From Octopus vulgaris (lineage: Eukaryota): DNA of 64,000 nucleotides. The stretch lies in NCBI GenBank assembly GCA_951406725.2, contig OX597818.1, positions 94,736,001 through 94,800,000 on the forward strand, written 5' to 3'. The number at the start of each line of letters is the position of its first letter. Within the stretch, counting starts at the first letter, position 1. The position numbers were made by a program, and so were the translations under genes. Under the pieces are notes generated by a model. It saw only the letters and a list, made by a program, of their open reading frames with translations, did no database searches and had not been told where the DNA came from. Below are positions 25,953 to 39,962 of this stretch, one piece after another.

Positions 25953-28808
25953 AATTCTTTTTCAGAAACAGGACTACTCCTGTAAGAGTCATTAATTTAA
26001 TAAATTAATGCACACACACATATATATAGTGAATGTGCATAGCTTAGTGGTATCCAGTTCATGATCACAAGATAACACATTGTATCCTAAAGCAAGACAC
26101 CTTATTTCACTGGATGGCAAAAATGAGCTGTACTTGTATTTTAAAAGACCAGCCTTGTCACATTCTGTGTCACACTGGATCTCTCTGAGAATTACATGAA
26201 GGGTATCCATATTTGTGGAGGGCTCAGCCACTTGCATGTTAATTTCTCAAGCAGACTGTTCCATTGATTGTCATTGTAAGTGATGAATCACAAGCAAATG
26301 TAATTAAAAGTTCCCATTGCAGCTAATTGGTTCTAGGTTCGATTGCATAACTTAAGCAAGTTCCTTTTAATATAGCCTTGTGGAACATGTGAGACTGAAA
26401 CTACAGAATTCCAGTGTATGTGTGTATGTTTATTATGTACAAAAATATGTATGTGTGCATAGATAGATGGATGGACGGACAGACAGACACATTTTTATAT
26501 GCCCATGTTTATGTTTGCACTGCTCTAAAATTTTTCCATGTTTAGGTTCTATACCTTACTGTTTTTATTGCACTAAGTTATAGAGGCTAAGTCATTTGAT
26601 AAATAGATATCACTGGAGGAAATGCTAGGCTCAGTATAGTAACTAGAATTTTGAAAGAATGTGTGTGTGCGTGCATGCATGCATACGCATGTGTGTGCAT
26701 ACGCATGTGTGTGTGTGTGCAGGTTTGGTGGCTTGCCCATTTAACTACTGACACAGGCACACATCTATACAATTAATTTAGTTGCTTGATGAGGAGGGTT
26801 ATTTTGGACACTCTACTGGATGAAATACATGATCAGAAGATGAGTGAGCTCAGAGGAATATTGGCCATCCAATATTGTGTACATATGCACATTGAATGTG
26901 TGTTTGTTTAGTGGGATGTTAATGTTTTATTCAGTGGAGGCAACTGGTGCAAATGATAACATATTCTTATGTTGGGTGAGGAGCCATGGTACAGGGCAAA
27001 TGTCTGTCCAGATTATAAAACATCATAGTAATTAGATGGTACTCTAAGGTCTGGAGGTCCTTTTAGCTATTTTGGTAATTTCCTGGTTTCTCATTCAAGC
27101 TCCATTGTCTTGACTTTCTCTTTCTACTGGGCATATTGTGTAAGAAGAAGGTAGTCGGTCTAATGTGTGTACAGCTCTTCCTCACTATAAAATTCATTGT
27201 GTTCATCTACCATCTGTCTGTTATTTACTTTACAATTGCTAAGTCAGCATCAGATTAATGGAAAAACTGTCATCACATGTCTACACATACACATATTTAC
27301 ATACATTCACACAAATATGTGTATTTATATTGTATGTCTCTGCAGAATGTATTATAGAATATTTTTCTATACAAGAGAAAACAAGTTCACCTGCTATGGT
27401 TCAGTCACTGAATAAAGTTCTGATAGTGATGTGAGTGCTGGTGTATTTCTCTGTCACTTTGTAATACATCACACACAGACCTTACAGATTCAGAACATTC
27501 TCTTTTCCTACAATGTAAATTAGGATAATATTTGGATTGGCTTTTAAGCGCTATCTCATTATGCTATCCCCATTGGTTTTAAAGTTTCTCCATTCATTCT
27601 GAGAAGGTAAAAATCTCAATTCACTTTACATTATCATTAGCAGTACACTTACAAAACCACCTCTGCTATATTAGCTCCACCCAGATATGTGTTCGAAAGC
27701 TTTACAGTATCAAAAAACAACTAATTGTTCACCTTCTCTGATACCTGATCGACATTACTCTATGGATTTGTAAGTGTAACTGAGATTTCTACACTTACCA
27801 ATGCTTAGTCATTAATTTTTCATTCATCACTGTGTGCTCTGTTGTTTTAGTAATTTTTTCAACTTAATGGCACACAAAAAAATTTCTATTCCACACAAAC
27901 ATTAGTTGGAAGTCAACTGTACCTTAACATGCTTTCTTCTTAATAAGCGTGATATGTAGACTGATTCCTTACATGTAATATTCTTTGTTAAGGTGTTCAA
28001 AACTTTTGAACTTGAGATAAAATTGATTGAAAGGAAAAGCTGAGATTTTGTCTTGTAAAATTTCAAGCATTGTTGGTGTTTTGCAAATATCTTAGTCTTG
28101 CTATTAAAATGTGTTTGCTTCTGCCATGTGGGGCTTGTATCTTACCAAAAACAGTGTTCATTTCAGTTGGCCAACACTTATCAAATCTGGTCAAATATTG
28201 GTATGATTCTCAACAATTTAATTAAAGCCTCTATTTCTTATGAGTATATGGAAATATTTGCTTAAGATAAGCAAAGGGCATTCCAATTTTTTTGTCCTCT
28301 ATAAGCACTCTGTGAGTTGGATTTGACGAAATGAAGAAGCAAACACATGTACACACATCTCTTCAGTCTCCATTTCAAACAGACACACATTGCATTCTTT
28401 TTCAGATTCTCTGTCACTTTCTCTTTCTTTCTTTCCTGCACACACACACACACACACTTCTTTCACATTTTCGCCTCTACACAAACATGCACACATAGAC
28501 ACATAATCACACACATTGAACAAACAACTGACAGCCAATCTAATACTCTCCATATGTTTTCCCAGTATCCTTTAGAAAAGACTTTGCTACCATTATTTCT
28601 CCGTCACATCAAAAAAAGACATTCATTGTTATTACTTGTGTTCTTCAACTGTTGTCATTTCAACTATAACAAACAAATATAACCCAACATGATGTGATAG
28701 CACTTTCAGTTATGTCAGTAGCCTTCCATCAAATCCAAATATGTGTTCACATTTACTTTTTGAAACTACAAATGAGTTATGTGGGTATATGTAAGTGTGT
28801 GTGTGTGT

Positions 28809-28865
<57 letters not shown>

Positions 28866-28868
<3 letters not shown>

Positions 28869-29068
28869 CCATGATAGATCGTTAGCCACTACACACATTT
28901 TTTTTTCTCCTTTTTTTCTCTCCTTGTTTTTTCTGTGTCCCTTTCTGTAGAAGAGCATAGGCTCGAAATGTAAAAGACTTTATCTATTCCTGAGTGTTAT
29001 ACTAATACATCTGATTGTTTTGTACACCACCTGTCTACGTCTTTTGTTTTTTTCGTAAACTCTCCCTA
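28866..29068 (+). repeat. (TA)n-flanked short repeat with minimal hammerhead-like motif, probably a Penelope-like terminal remnant
   Basis: cttt-ctgtagaa-gagc(atag)gctc-gaaa-tg-ta-aaag at 28941-28976. Confidence 0.5.
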
Positions 29069-29150
29069 TATATATATTTAGAGAGAGAGAGACACATATA
29101 CATACGTGCAAGCACACAATGCCCATGTATATGTAATGTATATACATATA

Positions 29151-30013
29151 CAGGGTGCGGTGAATAAACTGTTGTCTAAACTACACAAAAATGAAAATAA
29201 CGCATCTCATTTTAACAGATATATTTGCCAAAATTACATAAAGATATCTTGGAATACTAAACAGTAAATTTATTCAATAAAATCACCATTGGCTTCAACC
29301 ATGGCCTCCAAACGACTTCAGAATCTCCTACAACTCTTCTGGGCAGTTTCCTTAAGTTGGTGAATGCTGTTGGTGAATCCTTTCCTTCAGTTCATCTTTG
29401 GTGTTACAAGGAGTTTTGTTGGTCTCTTGCGCATTTGCGCCCCACACATAATATCAAGGGAGTTGGAGTCTGAGAGTTAAGTGGCCAGATGCTAGGGGTG
29501 ATGTGGTCGTAGAAATTGTCTGTCAGCTATGACTGGGTTTTCCTGCTTGCGTGACGTGGTGCAGAGTCCTGTTGCCAGACATAGTCTTCCAGCAGCCACC
29601 TTCTTCACCCAGGGCAGCATTATCTCTTTCAGGCACTTGATGTAGGCCTCCATGTTGAGTCTGAGGCTGTGCGGGAAGATGAATGGAGGCATAATGTCAC
29701 CATCACTAGTGATTACTCCAAAAACTATGATGTTCACTGGATGTTTGATTTTTGCCACTCTTGGTACATGTCCTCAGATTGACACCCAAATACTCTGAAA
29801 TATTTGTATTGGAGCTTCTGGTGTGAATGACAAGCAGTACAACATATCATTTCCAAATTTCTGGCCGAGTGAATTGCACCATGATGCTGTTTTTCTCACA
29901 GACTGTGCCCAACTGACCCTACTATAGTGTTTAGTCAACAAAATCAAAAACAAAAACTGTGCTTGTGCGAAATTAAAAATATAAGGTGATGACAATTTAC
30001 CCATTGCACCCTG
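29151..30013 (-). mobile_element. Internally deleted maT (DD37D) transposon, 863 bp
   Basis: TA-flanked TIRs CAGGGTGC...TAAAyTGT at both ends. Minus strand gives VFGVITSDG, WQQDSAPRH and WPLNS..D..LD; the D-to-D spacing is 37 after correcting one frameshift. Contains a stop. Confidence 0.85.
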
Positions 30014-30025
30014 TATATATAAAAT

Positions 30026-30112
<87 letters not shown>

Positions 30113-30419
30113 TACATATATGTATATGTAGTATACATATATGTAATATACATACATAAACACATACACATGCCAATTTGGTGTGTGTGTGCATGCGTGC
30201 GAAGACATGTCACCAAGTGGTTAATTGGCTCATGATCATAAGGTCAACTGGAAGTAGTACCAGCCGAGGGCTGATACAGTATTCTCTTCCTTCTGTTGTC
30301 ACATCCTGAATCTTCTACAGTATGTGGTGGGGCCGGGTGAGAGGACCAAGAGGGTATATGTTTCTGCTCATGATAACATAGGTACTCATTTGCAAATGAT
30401 TCCTAAGATTTATATATTA

Positions 30420-30935
30420 TCATCATCATTGAATATCTGCTTTCCATGTTGATATTTGTTGGATGGTTTGAGAGGAGCTGGCCAGCCAGGAAGCTGTCCA
30501 GACACCAATTTCTGTTGTAGCATGGTTTCTACGGCCAGATGCCCTTCCTAATACCAACCACTTTACAGAGTGTGCTGGGTGCTTTTTCCTTTCCACTGGC
30601 ATGGGTACATTTATCCAAAGCACAAGTGCATTTTACATGGCACCAGCACCTGTAGAGGACATGTCTATATGTATGGATGATTGCAATTTTATTTAGCTTG
30701 ATACATCTTCCCAAGTACAGCAAATCCCCACAACTTCTGGTCCCTTGTCATTTCCTCAGAGAGGCCCAGCATTTGAAGATCCTTTCTCACCATTTTGTCC
30801 TACATCTTCCTGGGTCTACCCCTTCTACAGCTTCCCTCCACAAATAGAGATCAGCACTTTACACAGCTGTCCTTGTCCATATGCATTTCATAAGCAAACC
30901 AGCGCAATTTTCTCTCTTGCACACATTCCATGCCT
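30420..30935 (-). mobile_element. RTE-type LINE 3' fragment
   Basis: (CAT)n tail; colinear with the copy at 11490-12000. Confidence 0.75.
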
Positions 30936-31815
30936 TCATCATCATTTTTCAGCCACTTTCCTTGTGGATAGAGATTGGACAAGTTGGAGTCAGCTCAATT
31001 TCAGTTGTATCATTAACCTAGATAGTTTGAAGGACCACATCTCATGAGTTTAATTTTTGGCATGGGTTTTGCAGCTGGATACCCCTACAAATGTCAACCA
31101 ATTTACAGTGTGTACTGGATGCATATTTCCAAGGGTGCAGTGCTACAGAGGTAGCCAAGTCTGTAACATGACCAAAGAGACCTCTTGATCCTATATTATA
31201 TGTTTGCATGCCAACCTCTCTACAAATTTAGACACATGAATAATAGTTGCAAGTCATGAGAAGAGTGTAAGGAGTATTCAGTGTTCTGTGACAAGTATGT
31301 ATGTATGTATGTATATATATATATATACATACACATACACCCACTCACTCACATACACACATTTTTGATGTATTTGATATATAACATTGTATTTTCATTT
31401 GTCATTTTGTGTCTGTCCATGTACATTACAGAAGCATTGTTTTACAACTAGATGCTTTTCATGTTGCTAGACATTAGTTGTTTCTCAAGTAAGTTATCTG
31501 TAATTCCACACATTTGCATAGATGCAGAACTAGAAGAAATGCCACTACTCATAACTCTACAACGTTTGGAGAAGTGCATATGAAAACAAACATGCAGATA
31601 CATATATTTGCATGCACATACATGCATACATATATATGTGTGTTTATGCATTCATTTATATATACATATATATATATATATTTATGTATATAATTTCAAA
31701 ATTAATAATAAAAGGGTAAAATTAATTAATTAATCAATCAATTAATTCATAAAGGAATTTTTAACTCCTATTTCAAAATTCGGTATGTGGTGAAGCAATT
31801 AGCTGACCCTAATTA

Positions 31816-31857
<42 letters not shown>

Positions 31858-32015
31858 GATGATATAAGCATGTATGTGTGTACATATACATATATATATA
31901 TGTAATAATAAATATTAGGGAATAAATCCAAATTTACAGGGAAAAATCAGATTTAGGATTGAATCCAATTTTATAGTAAAATATAATATAATATTAATTA
32001 GAGACAAAACCACTC

Positions 32016-35000
32016 ATGAGCTGTGGCCATGCTGGAGCACCGCCATTTGGTGTTGCTACATGGTTTTACTTCACGAAAGCTTTTTAGCAACTGCCATTTG
32101 GTGCATGAGAGAGTTCGATGCAGCTGCCCTCATCTGCATCTCCTGCCGTGAAGTTGGTTCATCTGGGATACCTGACAGGAAGAGATCCAGTTTCATTTTA
32201 AAGACATCTGCATCCACCCCATGCAGGTCTCTTAGGTTCTTCGGGAGGATATTGAAGAGCATGGGCCTCGGAAGCCCAGGCTATCACAGTATCTTGTCCT
32301 ACATCTTGATGGCAAATTTGGAGTCCTAGGCACCACGCAGTGGCGCCCAGTTCTGGCATTTGTGTAACTCTCGATGCCAAAGTTTGGGACAAGTCTCTCC
32401 AGGATCTTCCAGATGTATATTATGTCATATCTTTCTCGCCTACGCTCCAAGGAATATAGTTTTGATCTCTTGAGTCTTTCCCAGTAGCTTATATTCTGCA
32501 TAGAGGCTATCTTCTTCGTGTCGCTACGTTGGATCGCCTCAAGTTCTGTGATCAACTTGACACTGGATGGTGACCATAACTGAGAGCAATAGTCAAAGTG
32601 GCTTAGGACAAGTGTCCTCCAGAGGACCATCATGGTTTCTTGTTCTTTTGTTCTAAAGGTTCTGAGAATCCATCCGGCCAGTCATCTACATTTCATTGCC
32701 AATTTAGCAACATGTACACGAAAGGTTGCGTCATCACTCATGTCACGCACTGATTGTGCCTCTGGGATTGCAATTCCTCCGGGTCCAGTGTATTCATTGG
32801 ATATTGCATTTAGTTTTGCATGCTGATAGTATAAAGCTTGAAACTTTTCAGCATTGAACTGCATGCTATTCTTTTCAGCCCACTTGTATATTTTGTCCAG
32901 CTCACATTGCAGGCGTTTAGTGTCCTCAGGGTTCTGTATTGCCTGTGAAACTTTTGTATCATCTGCATAACTTGTGATCGTGGCTCTCTGCGTGGCTGAG
33001 GGCATGTTTGAGAGGGCCGTTATGAACAGTAGTGGTCCCAAAACAGTGCCCTGCGGAACACCGCTCACTATTTGCGTGTTAATGGAAGTGGCCCCATTGG
33101 CTACTACCACCTGACTTCTATCTTTCAGAAAGTCATGAAGCCATTCTCCCAGTTTTCCAACTATGTTGAGATCACACAGTTTGTGACATATCATTCCATG
33201 ATCGACTTTATCAAAGGCCTTTGCAAAGTCGAGATATATGACTTCCACATTTGAGTGGTTGAGCAGTCGTTTCAGCACCCAGTCATAGTGTTGTAGGAGC
33301 TGAGTTAAGCAGCTTCTCCCTGGTTGGAAACCATGTTGGGTGTCAGGCAGCAAGTCATTTTCTTCAAGGAAGGTGATCAGTTTCCTTCTGACTATTCGTT
33401 CCATGACCTTGCTGATGTGTGAGGTCAGAGAGATAGGTCTGTAGTTCTTGGCCTCCGCTCTGCTACCTCCTTTATGAATAGGGCATATTTTACCTTCCTT
33501 CAGTTTTCTTGGAAGTTTGCCAGCTGCAAGGAAGCTCTGAAAGAGGAACTGCAGTGGTCTTGCTAGGACTCTCTTACATACTTTTAGGAGGATTGCCGGG
33601 AATCCATCGGGGCCAGTAGCTGAGTCTGTTTTCATTTCATCTATAGCCTTTATTTCATCGTCTTCCTTTATATCGATGTAATTTATCGTCGCCGCCTCTG
33701 ATTTTATATCTGCAGTGGTAAAGAAGTCAGTTGGATTGGTGATTTGGAAATGCCCAAGGGGTGGAGTGAAAACACTCTTGAATTGCTCATTCAGTATTTC
33801 ACTTACCCTCATTTGTTTTCCTGTGAGTGTGCCATCCTTTTCAAGGAGTGGCCCTATCCTACAGTGCACCGTAGCTGTTTCTTTGGCATACCTGTAGAAA
33901 GCTCTGGGGTTAGATTTTATGTTGTCTATAGCCCAGGCTTCTTTGTCTGCTCTTTCCTTTTCATGGGAGAGTTGCAGACATTTTTCAATTTCCAACAGTT
34001 TTATTTTCAGGCGGGACTTTTCACTGCTTTCAATTTGTTTGTTTAGGCAATTTGAAATTTTTGTACGTCGTCTCATTAAAATTTTCCTCTCTCTGGGGAT
34101 TTTGTTCTTGTGTACAGTGGCCTTTCTCTCTGGGACACATTTGTAGCATATGGCTTGCATTACAGACATGAATTGTTGAAGTTTCACGTCGATGTCTGGC
34201 GAGGAGAGACATTCAGGCCAGTTTTGTTTTAGGATCTCTTTCTCAATTTGTTTCCAGTTTGCCTTATGGAAGTTCAAGCTGGAAAGATTCTGAGGGTTTC
34301 TTGTAGGCTGCATGTCCATGCTTTCCTTTGACCCGTACATGGTCAGCTCTACCATGTTGTGATCTGAGAGTAGTGTCGGTGTCACTTTCACATTATGGAT
34401 GTGATCCATATTATTTGTGAAGCAGAGATCCAGTGTGTTACCTGCCCTGGTTGGTTGGAGTATTACTTGCTCCATGTACAGGGTGTTGATGAGGTTCAGG
34501 AGGGACCTCGCCTGTCCTCGTTCACATCTTGTCATTCCTGGGAGAGAAAGGCCCTCGGGCCATCTGACATTGGGTAGATTGAAGTCTCCCATAAGAAGTA
34601 CACTTATGTGTTGTTCTAATGTGATTAGAACTTCTATTTTTATAAGGCAGTCTTCAAACTTGCCTACATGGCTTGGGGCATCTGGAGGGCGATATGTAGC
34701 ACACACAACTACATCAAGTTGCCTTATATGTACAATTAGTGTGTCACACACCGAGTTTGAGTATGACAAAAGGACCTGGGGTGTGAGGTCCTCACGGATG
34801 TACATAGCAACTCCTCCATGACTCCTTTCTTTTCTGTCGGTCCGTAGTACAACATACTGTGGTATGTGTAATTCCGCATCTGCTATGTCCGGTTTCAGGT
34901 GCGTTTCCGTAAGTGCTATGCATAAGGCTTGATTGCATGCAACAAAGTCTCTCAAGAACGGGATTTTTGTCCTGTTACTGAGTGTTTGCAGTCCTCTGAT

Positions 35001-35118
35001 GTTCAGTAGGAGCATCGAGGTGAGGTGTATGTTGTTGCCGGCGGTGTCCACCTTGGGTCTGTTTGCTGTGGTGGTCTTGTATATTGTGGGTAGTCCCATC
35101 TGCGAGCTTGGGTTTGAA
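32016..35118 (-). mobile_element. Nearly intact CR1/L2-type LINE (APE endonuclease plus reverse transcriptase ORF2)
   Basis: APE motifs LNIRGL, LTETHL, GDFN and SDH; RT motifs YRPISLTS, YLDFAKAFDKVDH, GVPQGTVLGPLLF and YADD; 3' tail shared with the SINEs. Confidence 0.95.
32071..35099 (-). pseudogene. LINE ORF2 with few lesions
   Basis: Likely ATG at 35099. In-frame TGA at 32684-32682, after which reading continues in frame into ORF 32232-32633. Apparent short deletion at VRD^MSDD and a 1-nt frameshift near 32262. Confidence 0.88.
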
Positions 35119-35146
35119 TATATGAATATATATATATATATATACA

Positions 35147-35432
35147 CACCCACCTCCTCAACTTACGACAATCTGCACTTACGACCACAAAAAATAAATA
35201 AATTTTAAAAAATCAATTTTTGGACGTTGGGCAGCTGTGCATACAATAATTATGGCAGCATCTGGCAACATAGCTTCCCTCAGACCCAGACATTCTCTGC
35301 CTACCACTGTCTCTCAGTCACTTTCAAGTATGAATGAAAATAGTGTTGAATAATACAAATCGGACTTATGATCAGATTGACTTACGACCTGTCAGTCGGA
35401 ACAGAACTCAGTCATAAGTCAAGGAGAAACTG
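35147..35432. mobile_element. pogo/Tigger-like MITE
   Basis: ctcctcaacttacgac at the left end and gtcataagtcaaggagaaactg-TA at the right end; internal acttacgac repeats. Confidence 0.65.
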
Positions 35433-35437
35433 TATAT

Positions 35438-35510
<73 letters not shown>

Positions 35511-35557
35511 AAAATGCACACATTTTATATATATATATACAAACATGTACACATGTT

Positions 35558-35592
<35 letters not shown>

Positions 35593-36035
35593 AATGACTA
35601 ACAACAGATGGATAATGTGTCAATCCACTTCAGCCGTTTCCAGCGAACTTTTAATTGATTAATGGAGACATTACATCATTAGAAAAACCATTTTCATCAG
35701 GCAAATACATGAATCACAGCATTCAAAATCATTCAAATGCCAACAGCTTGTGTCACTTCATGTTTCTATGACCATTGTTGGTCATTGAATGAATTTATTA
35801 ATTCAGTTTGGTAGTATTATAGGAGAAAATAACATGATGTCAGGTGGGGTAGTGGAGTAACAGAGATTTATAGCAGTGAAGGAGGTTAGAGAATGAGGTA
35901 CGGGAGGAATCAGATAGCAAAGCATCTCATCACTACAACTAAGATAGAGTTAATTTCTTTTATCTTTTATTTCTATTCAACAATAGGTTTTGGTGCTAAG
36001 TACAAAGTAAGGTCACCCAGTTATTTATTTATATA

Positions 36036-36559
36036 CTGTAAATCTTCGAGTATAGTCCGCCCTTGAGTATAATATGCAGGGGATTTTTAGGGGGCTGTAC
36101 CTCTGAAAAACCTAAACCTTGTGTATAATACACACCCCTTCTCTAACTTGAGTTGTGTGTAATTAAGCCAGCAGCACCTAGTCGAACAAACACTTCCGCA
36201 CATGCATAATACAATAATGGTGATGTTCTTAACTGTTATATGGGAATGTAAATATGTTTGCAAATTGTCTTTGTTGCATGTTATTGTGTTCTGAATACTT
36301 TTATTTTAATAAATATTGCTTACTGCAAGTTATGGATGATTCTTTAAGACTTCATTGCTTTCAGGCTTAGTTTAAGGTATTTTCGCGCCCCCTACATCAC
36401 AAAATATGTCTGAATAAACATTACCGGACAGCAAATAGAGACTCAGACATTGCTTAGAAAATAATTTTCATTTTTAACCTGATATATAGTATGCACTAGG
36501 GATTTTGACCTTTATATTTTGGGGGGGAAAAAATGCGGATTATACTCGAGAATTTACAG
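36036..36559. mobile_element. Tc1/mariner-pogo type MITE (524 bp)
   Basis: 25-bp TIRs CTGTAAATCTTCGAGTATAGTCCGC and (reverse complement) CTGTAAATTCTCGAGTATAATCCGC; TA on the left flank. Confidence 0.85.
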
Positions 36560-37121
36560 TTTTCTATATGCCCCATTAAAGCTGGAAAGGCTGCAGAAGA
36601 GAGGTAATAAGTCTAAGATGCACTGGTAGCAGGGAGGGTATCAAATAAGAAGAGTGGTCATCATATCAATAATTAAATAGATAAATGAGTATGCAATAAA
36701 AAAGTATATGAAAGCAAATGGATAATAATAAAAATGATATAATTTCTCTACTAATCAATTATAAATTCATTGGAAACAGCAGTAGTTGATTGACACATTA
36801 TCCATCTGTTGTTATTTATTATTCACCTCACTCAGAATCTGCTCCTTGCATAGATCCAAAGTATATTATGGACTGTACACTTAGTGTAACGTGCATTCTC
36901 TGATTAGCCTCAGGGCTCATGATTAACTCAGTAAGGTACAATTAATCATATACATAACCTGAATATCTTTCTGCCTATACTTTGGCACCTGTATATGTAG
37001 CTCTCTATTTTTTCTTTTGTCCTTTTTTTTGTTGCATACACATTTTATTTTTCAACCCAACCCAGTGTCTTACCATTTAAGTGCCTGATTCACTCAAATC
37101 CTGATCTATTATGTATATATA

Positions 37122-38382
37122 TCAGGTTGAGTAAAAAGTAAGCAACGTTTTGAACCATGAAGAATTTGTACTGGATGTTTGCAAAGTTTTTAATTCTTTT
37201 TAAACAATTTTTTGCAATTGTCTGATAATACAAATATAGACTCGCCCAAATGCATCAATAAACTAACATTGATATTTTTTTCACCGCTGTTACAATCATC
37301 TGAAATAGAATTGTCTAAGCGCGATATTCAAACAATTTTTCTATTCAACTTCAAAAAAGGAATGTAAAGCAGCTGAAACTGCTCACAATATCAATGAAAC
37401 ATTTGGTGAGGAAATGACCAGTGAGTGGTCAGCTCAAAAATGGTTTAAACGATTTCACCAAGAAGACCTAAGCCTTGGAAGATTGTAAGCATAGTGGACG
37501 CCCATCTCTCATTGATGGCAGTCAATTAAAGACCATCATTGAGAAAGATCCATGTAAAACCACTCGAGAACTGGCAAAGAAAATTGCCTGCAACCATGTG
37601 CATGTGATTGGAAAAACTCAACAAAGGAGTACCATACTATTTTAATGAAAATTAGAAAATGTGCAGATATGAAATTTGCTCCTCACTTCTTTTCCGTAAC
37701 GAGACCAATCCATTTCTCGATCGTATTGTAACTTGTGATGAAAAGGGGATTCTGTACAATAATAAAAATCATTCTTCACAGTGGTTAGACCAAAAGGAAG
37801 CACCGAGAACCTTCCCTAAACCCGAGCTCTTCAAAAAGAAGGTTATGGTGACTGTTTGGTGGTGTACTGCTGAACTCGTCCGCTATAACTTCTTAAAATT
37901 TGGAAAAACCATTACTGCAGAAACATATTGCCATGAAGTTGCCAAAATGAATGGAAAACTGCTACTCCTCCATTCAAGACTGGTCAACAGAAGAGAGCCA
38001 ATCATTCTTCATGACAATGCTCCACCGCATGTTTCACTAATGACACTCCAAAAGTTGAGGGAACTTGGCTACAAAGTTCTTCCCCACCCAGCTTATTCCT
38101 CAGGCCTTTCTCCTGCTGACTGCCACTTTTTCAAGTACCTTGATGGTTTCCTGTGAGAGAAGGAGTTCAAAAATCAAACTGATGCTGAAAGTACATTCAA
38201 AAGTTCGTCAGCTCCAGAACTCCTGATTTTTATATTACCAGAACAAACATACTTGTAACTCATTGGCAAAAATGTGCTGATTGTAATGGTACTTATTTTG
38301 ATGAAGAAAACTTCCGCATTACTGAAATATATTGTGATGAATTTCATGTTTCAAAACCTTGCTTACTTTTTACACAGTCTGA
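37122..38382 (+). mobile_element. Full-length but decayed mariner (DD34D) transposon, 1261 bp
   Basis: TA on both flanks; imperfect TIRs of about 40 bp (tcagg/actg.gtaaaaagtaagcaa.gttttgaa.catgaa). ORF 37659-38156 contains IVTCDEK, HDNAPPH and YSSGLSPAD with 34 residues between D2 and D3. N-terminus frameshifted. Confidence 0.93.
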
Positions 38383-38726
38383 TATTTGCATGTGTGTGTG
38401 TGTGTGTGTGTGTATCATTCACTTGTTCATTCATTTCTTTTTACATATTTTCTATGCTAGAATAGTTTACCCAAACATCTACTATTGCAGCTTAGTTTTA
38501 TAGCCAGATACCCTTCTTGACAGCAACCCTTACCTTCTTCTTGAGTTCGAGATATCTTATTCCACATGACTTTAAAATCACACAGCAAGCAGGTGATTCT
38601 ATCAACTTGAGAAATGTTAGCATTCAAAGACTGTAACTATAAGTGAGAATAGATGTAAGTAAACACACAAACATAGAATCCTGCATACACACACGTGCAC
38701 ATTATAAGTGTCTGTGTATGTAAATG

Positions 38727-38763
<37 letters not shown>

Positions 38764-39209
38764 CTTTTATATGTGTGTGTGTGATATAGATATACATTTT
38801 TTATATGTGATGTGCATATACACACACACATATATATATTGTGTGTCTGTGTGTGTATATATATATATATGTATGTATGTATGTATGTAAACTGCATATG
38901 TATTTGTTATATATGTGTATGTAATCCCTATAGGTTTGGGGTGACTATAGTCTTGTGAGTGGATCTAGTAAATAAAAACTTGAAGCTCATCATATATATG
39001 TGTGCATGTTTATGTGTATGCTTGTCTTGACACATGATGGTTGTAAGCAAGCACTTATAATCATACAAATCTTGTTGTTCATTCCTGTCTTCCATGAAAA
39101 ACACACCTAGTCAAGGGTATATATTATCTTGTTTGGAAGCAGTTTGGTGACAGGTATGGCATCCATCAGTAAAGAGTCTGGAATAGTGGGATTAAAATGG
39201 TGATAATGA

Positions 39210-39262
<53 letters not shown>

Positions 39263-39344
39263 CTCAACCAACTTTCACACTGATCAAAAGGGATAAACAT
39301 CCCTCTGTTAAACTTCCATTAATGTTATATCGCCTGAAGAAATG

Positions 39345-39928
39345 AATCCATAAAGATGATCTACCTCATGTCTATGCTTACTACAGACTACACTCTAATC
39401 ATATGGTCATGTGTTGCATATGGATGAGGACAGCTGTGTGAAGGAGTGTTACACCCTAACAGTGGAGGGAACCTGTTGAAGAATTAGACCCAGGAAGACA
39501 TGGGATTAGGTGGCAAAGTACCACCTTTGAATGTTGGGCCTCACAGAAGCAATGACAAGCAACCGTGACCTTTGGAGATATGCTGTGCTTGAGGAGACCT
39601 GGCAAGCCAAGTGAGATCATATCTGTGGCCGATGCCAGTGTCACATAACTGGCTCATTTAAAAGCACCTTTCAATCATTGGGCAAGATATCATGCTTGTG
39701 AAGGTCTGTTGAACCAAATGAAATCATAGTCATGGTCGATGCCAGTGTCATGTAAAAAGCACCCACTACATTCTCAGAGTGTTTGGTGATAGGAAGGGCA
39801 TCCAGCTGTAGAAACCTTGCCAAATTAGATTGGAGCCTGGTACAGCCTCCCAGCTTGCCAGTCCTCATTCAAACCATCCAACCCATGCCAACATGGAAAG
39901 TGGGCATTAAATGACAATGATGATGATG

Positions 39929-39930
<2 letters not shown>
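39345..39930 (+). mobile_element. RTE-type LINE 3' fragment, about 400 bp upstream of a CaMKII exon
   Basis: GHVLHMDEDSCVKEC...RPRKTWD translation followed by a 3' UTR ending in (GAT)n. Confidence 0.8.

Positions 39931-39962
<32 letters not shown>

Noticed and set aside
27675-27769. Open stretch ending at a GTAAGT donor
   Set aside because: The frame compatible with the phase-0 downstream exon contains a stop, and the acceptor is weak.
29774-30235. Cluster of ORFs rich in YI, CV and HT repeats, and similar ORFs throughout the window
   Set aside because: Translations of dinucleotide microsatellites.
35100-35153. N-terminus MGVYIYIYIF of the 823-aa ORF
   Set aside because: It reads through a (TA)n tract and a MITE edge. 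LINE sequence stops near 35118, and the likely start is the ATG at 35099.
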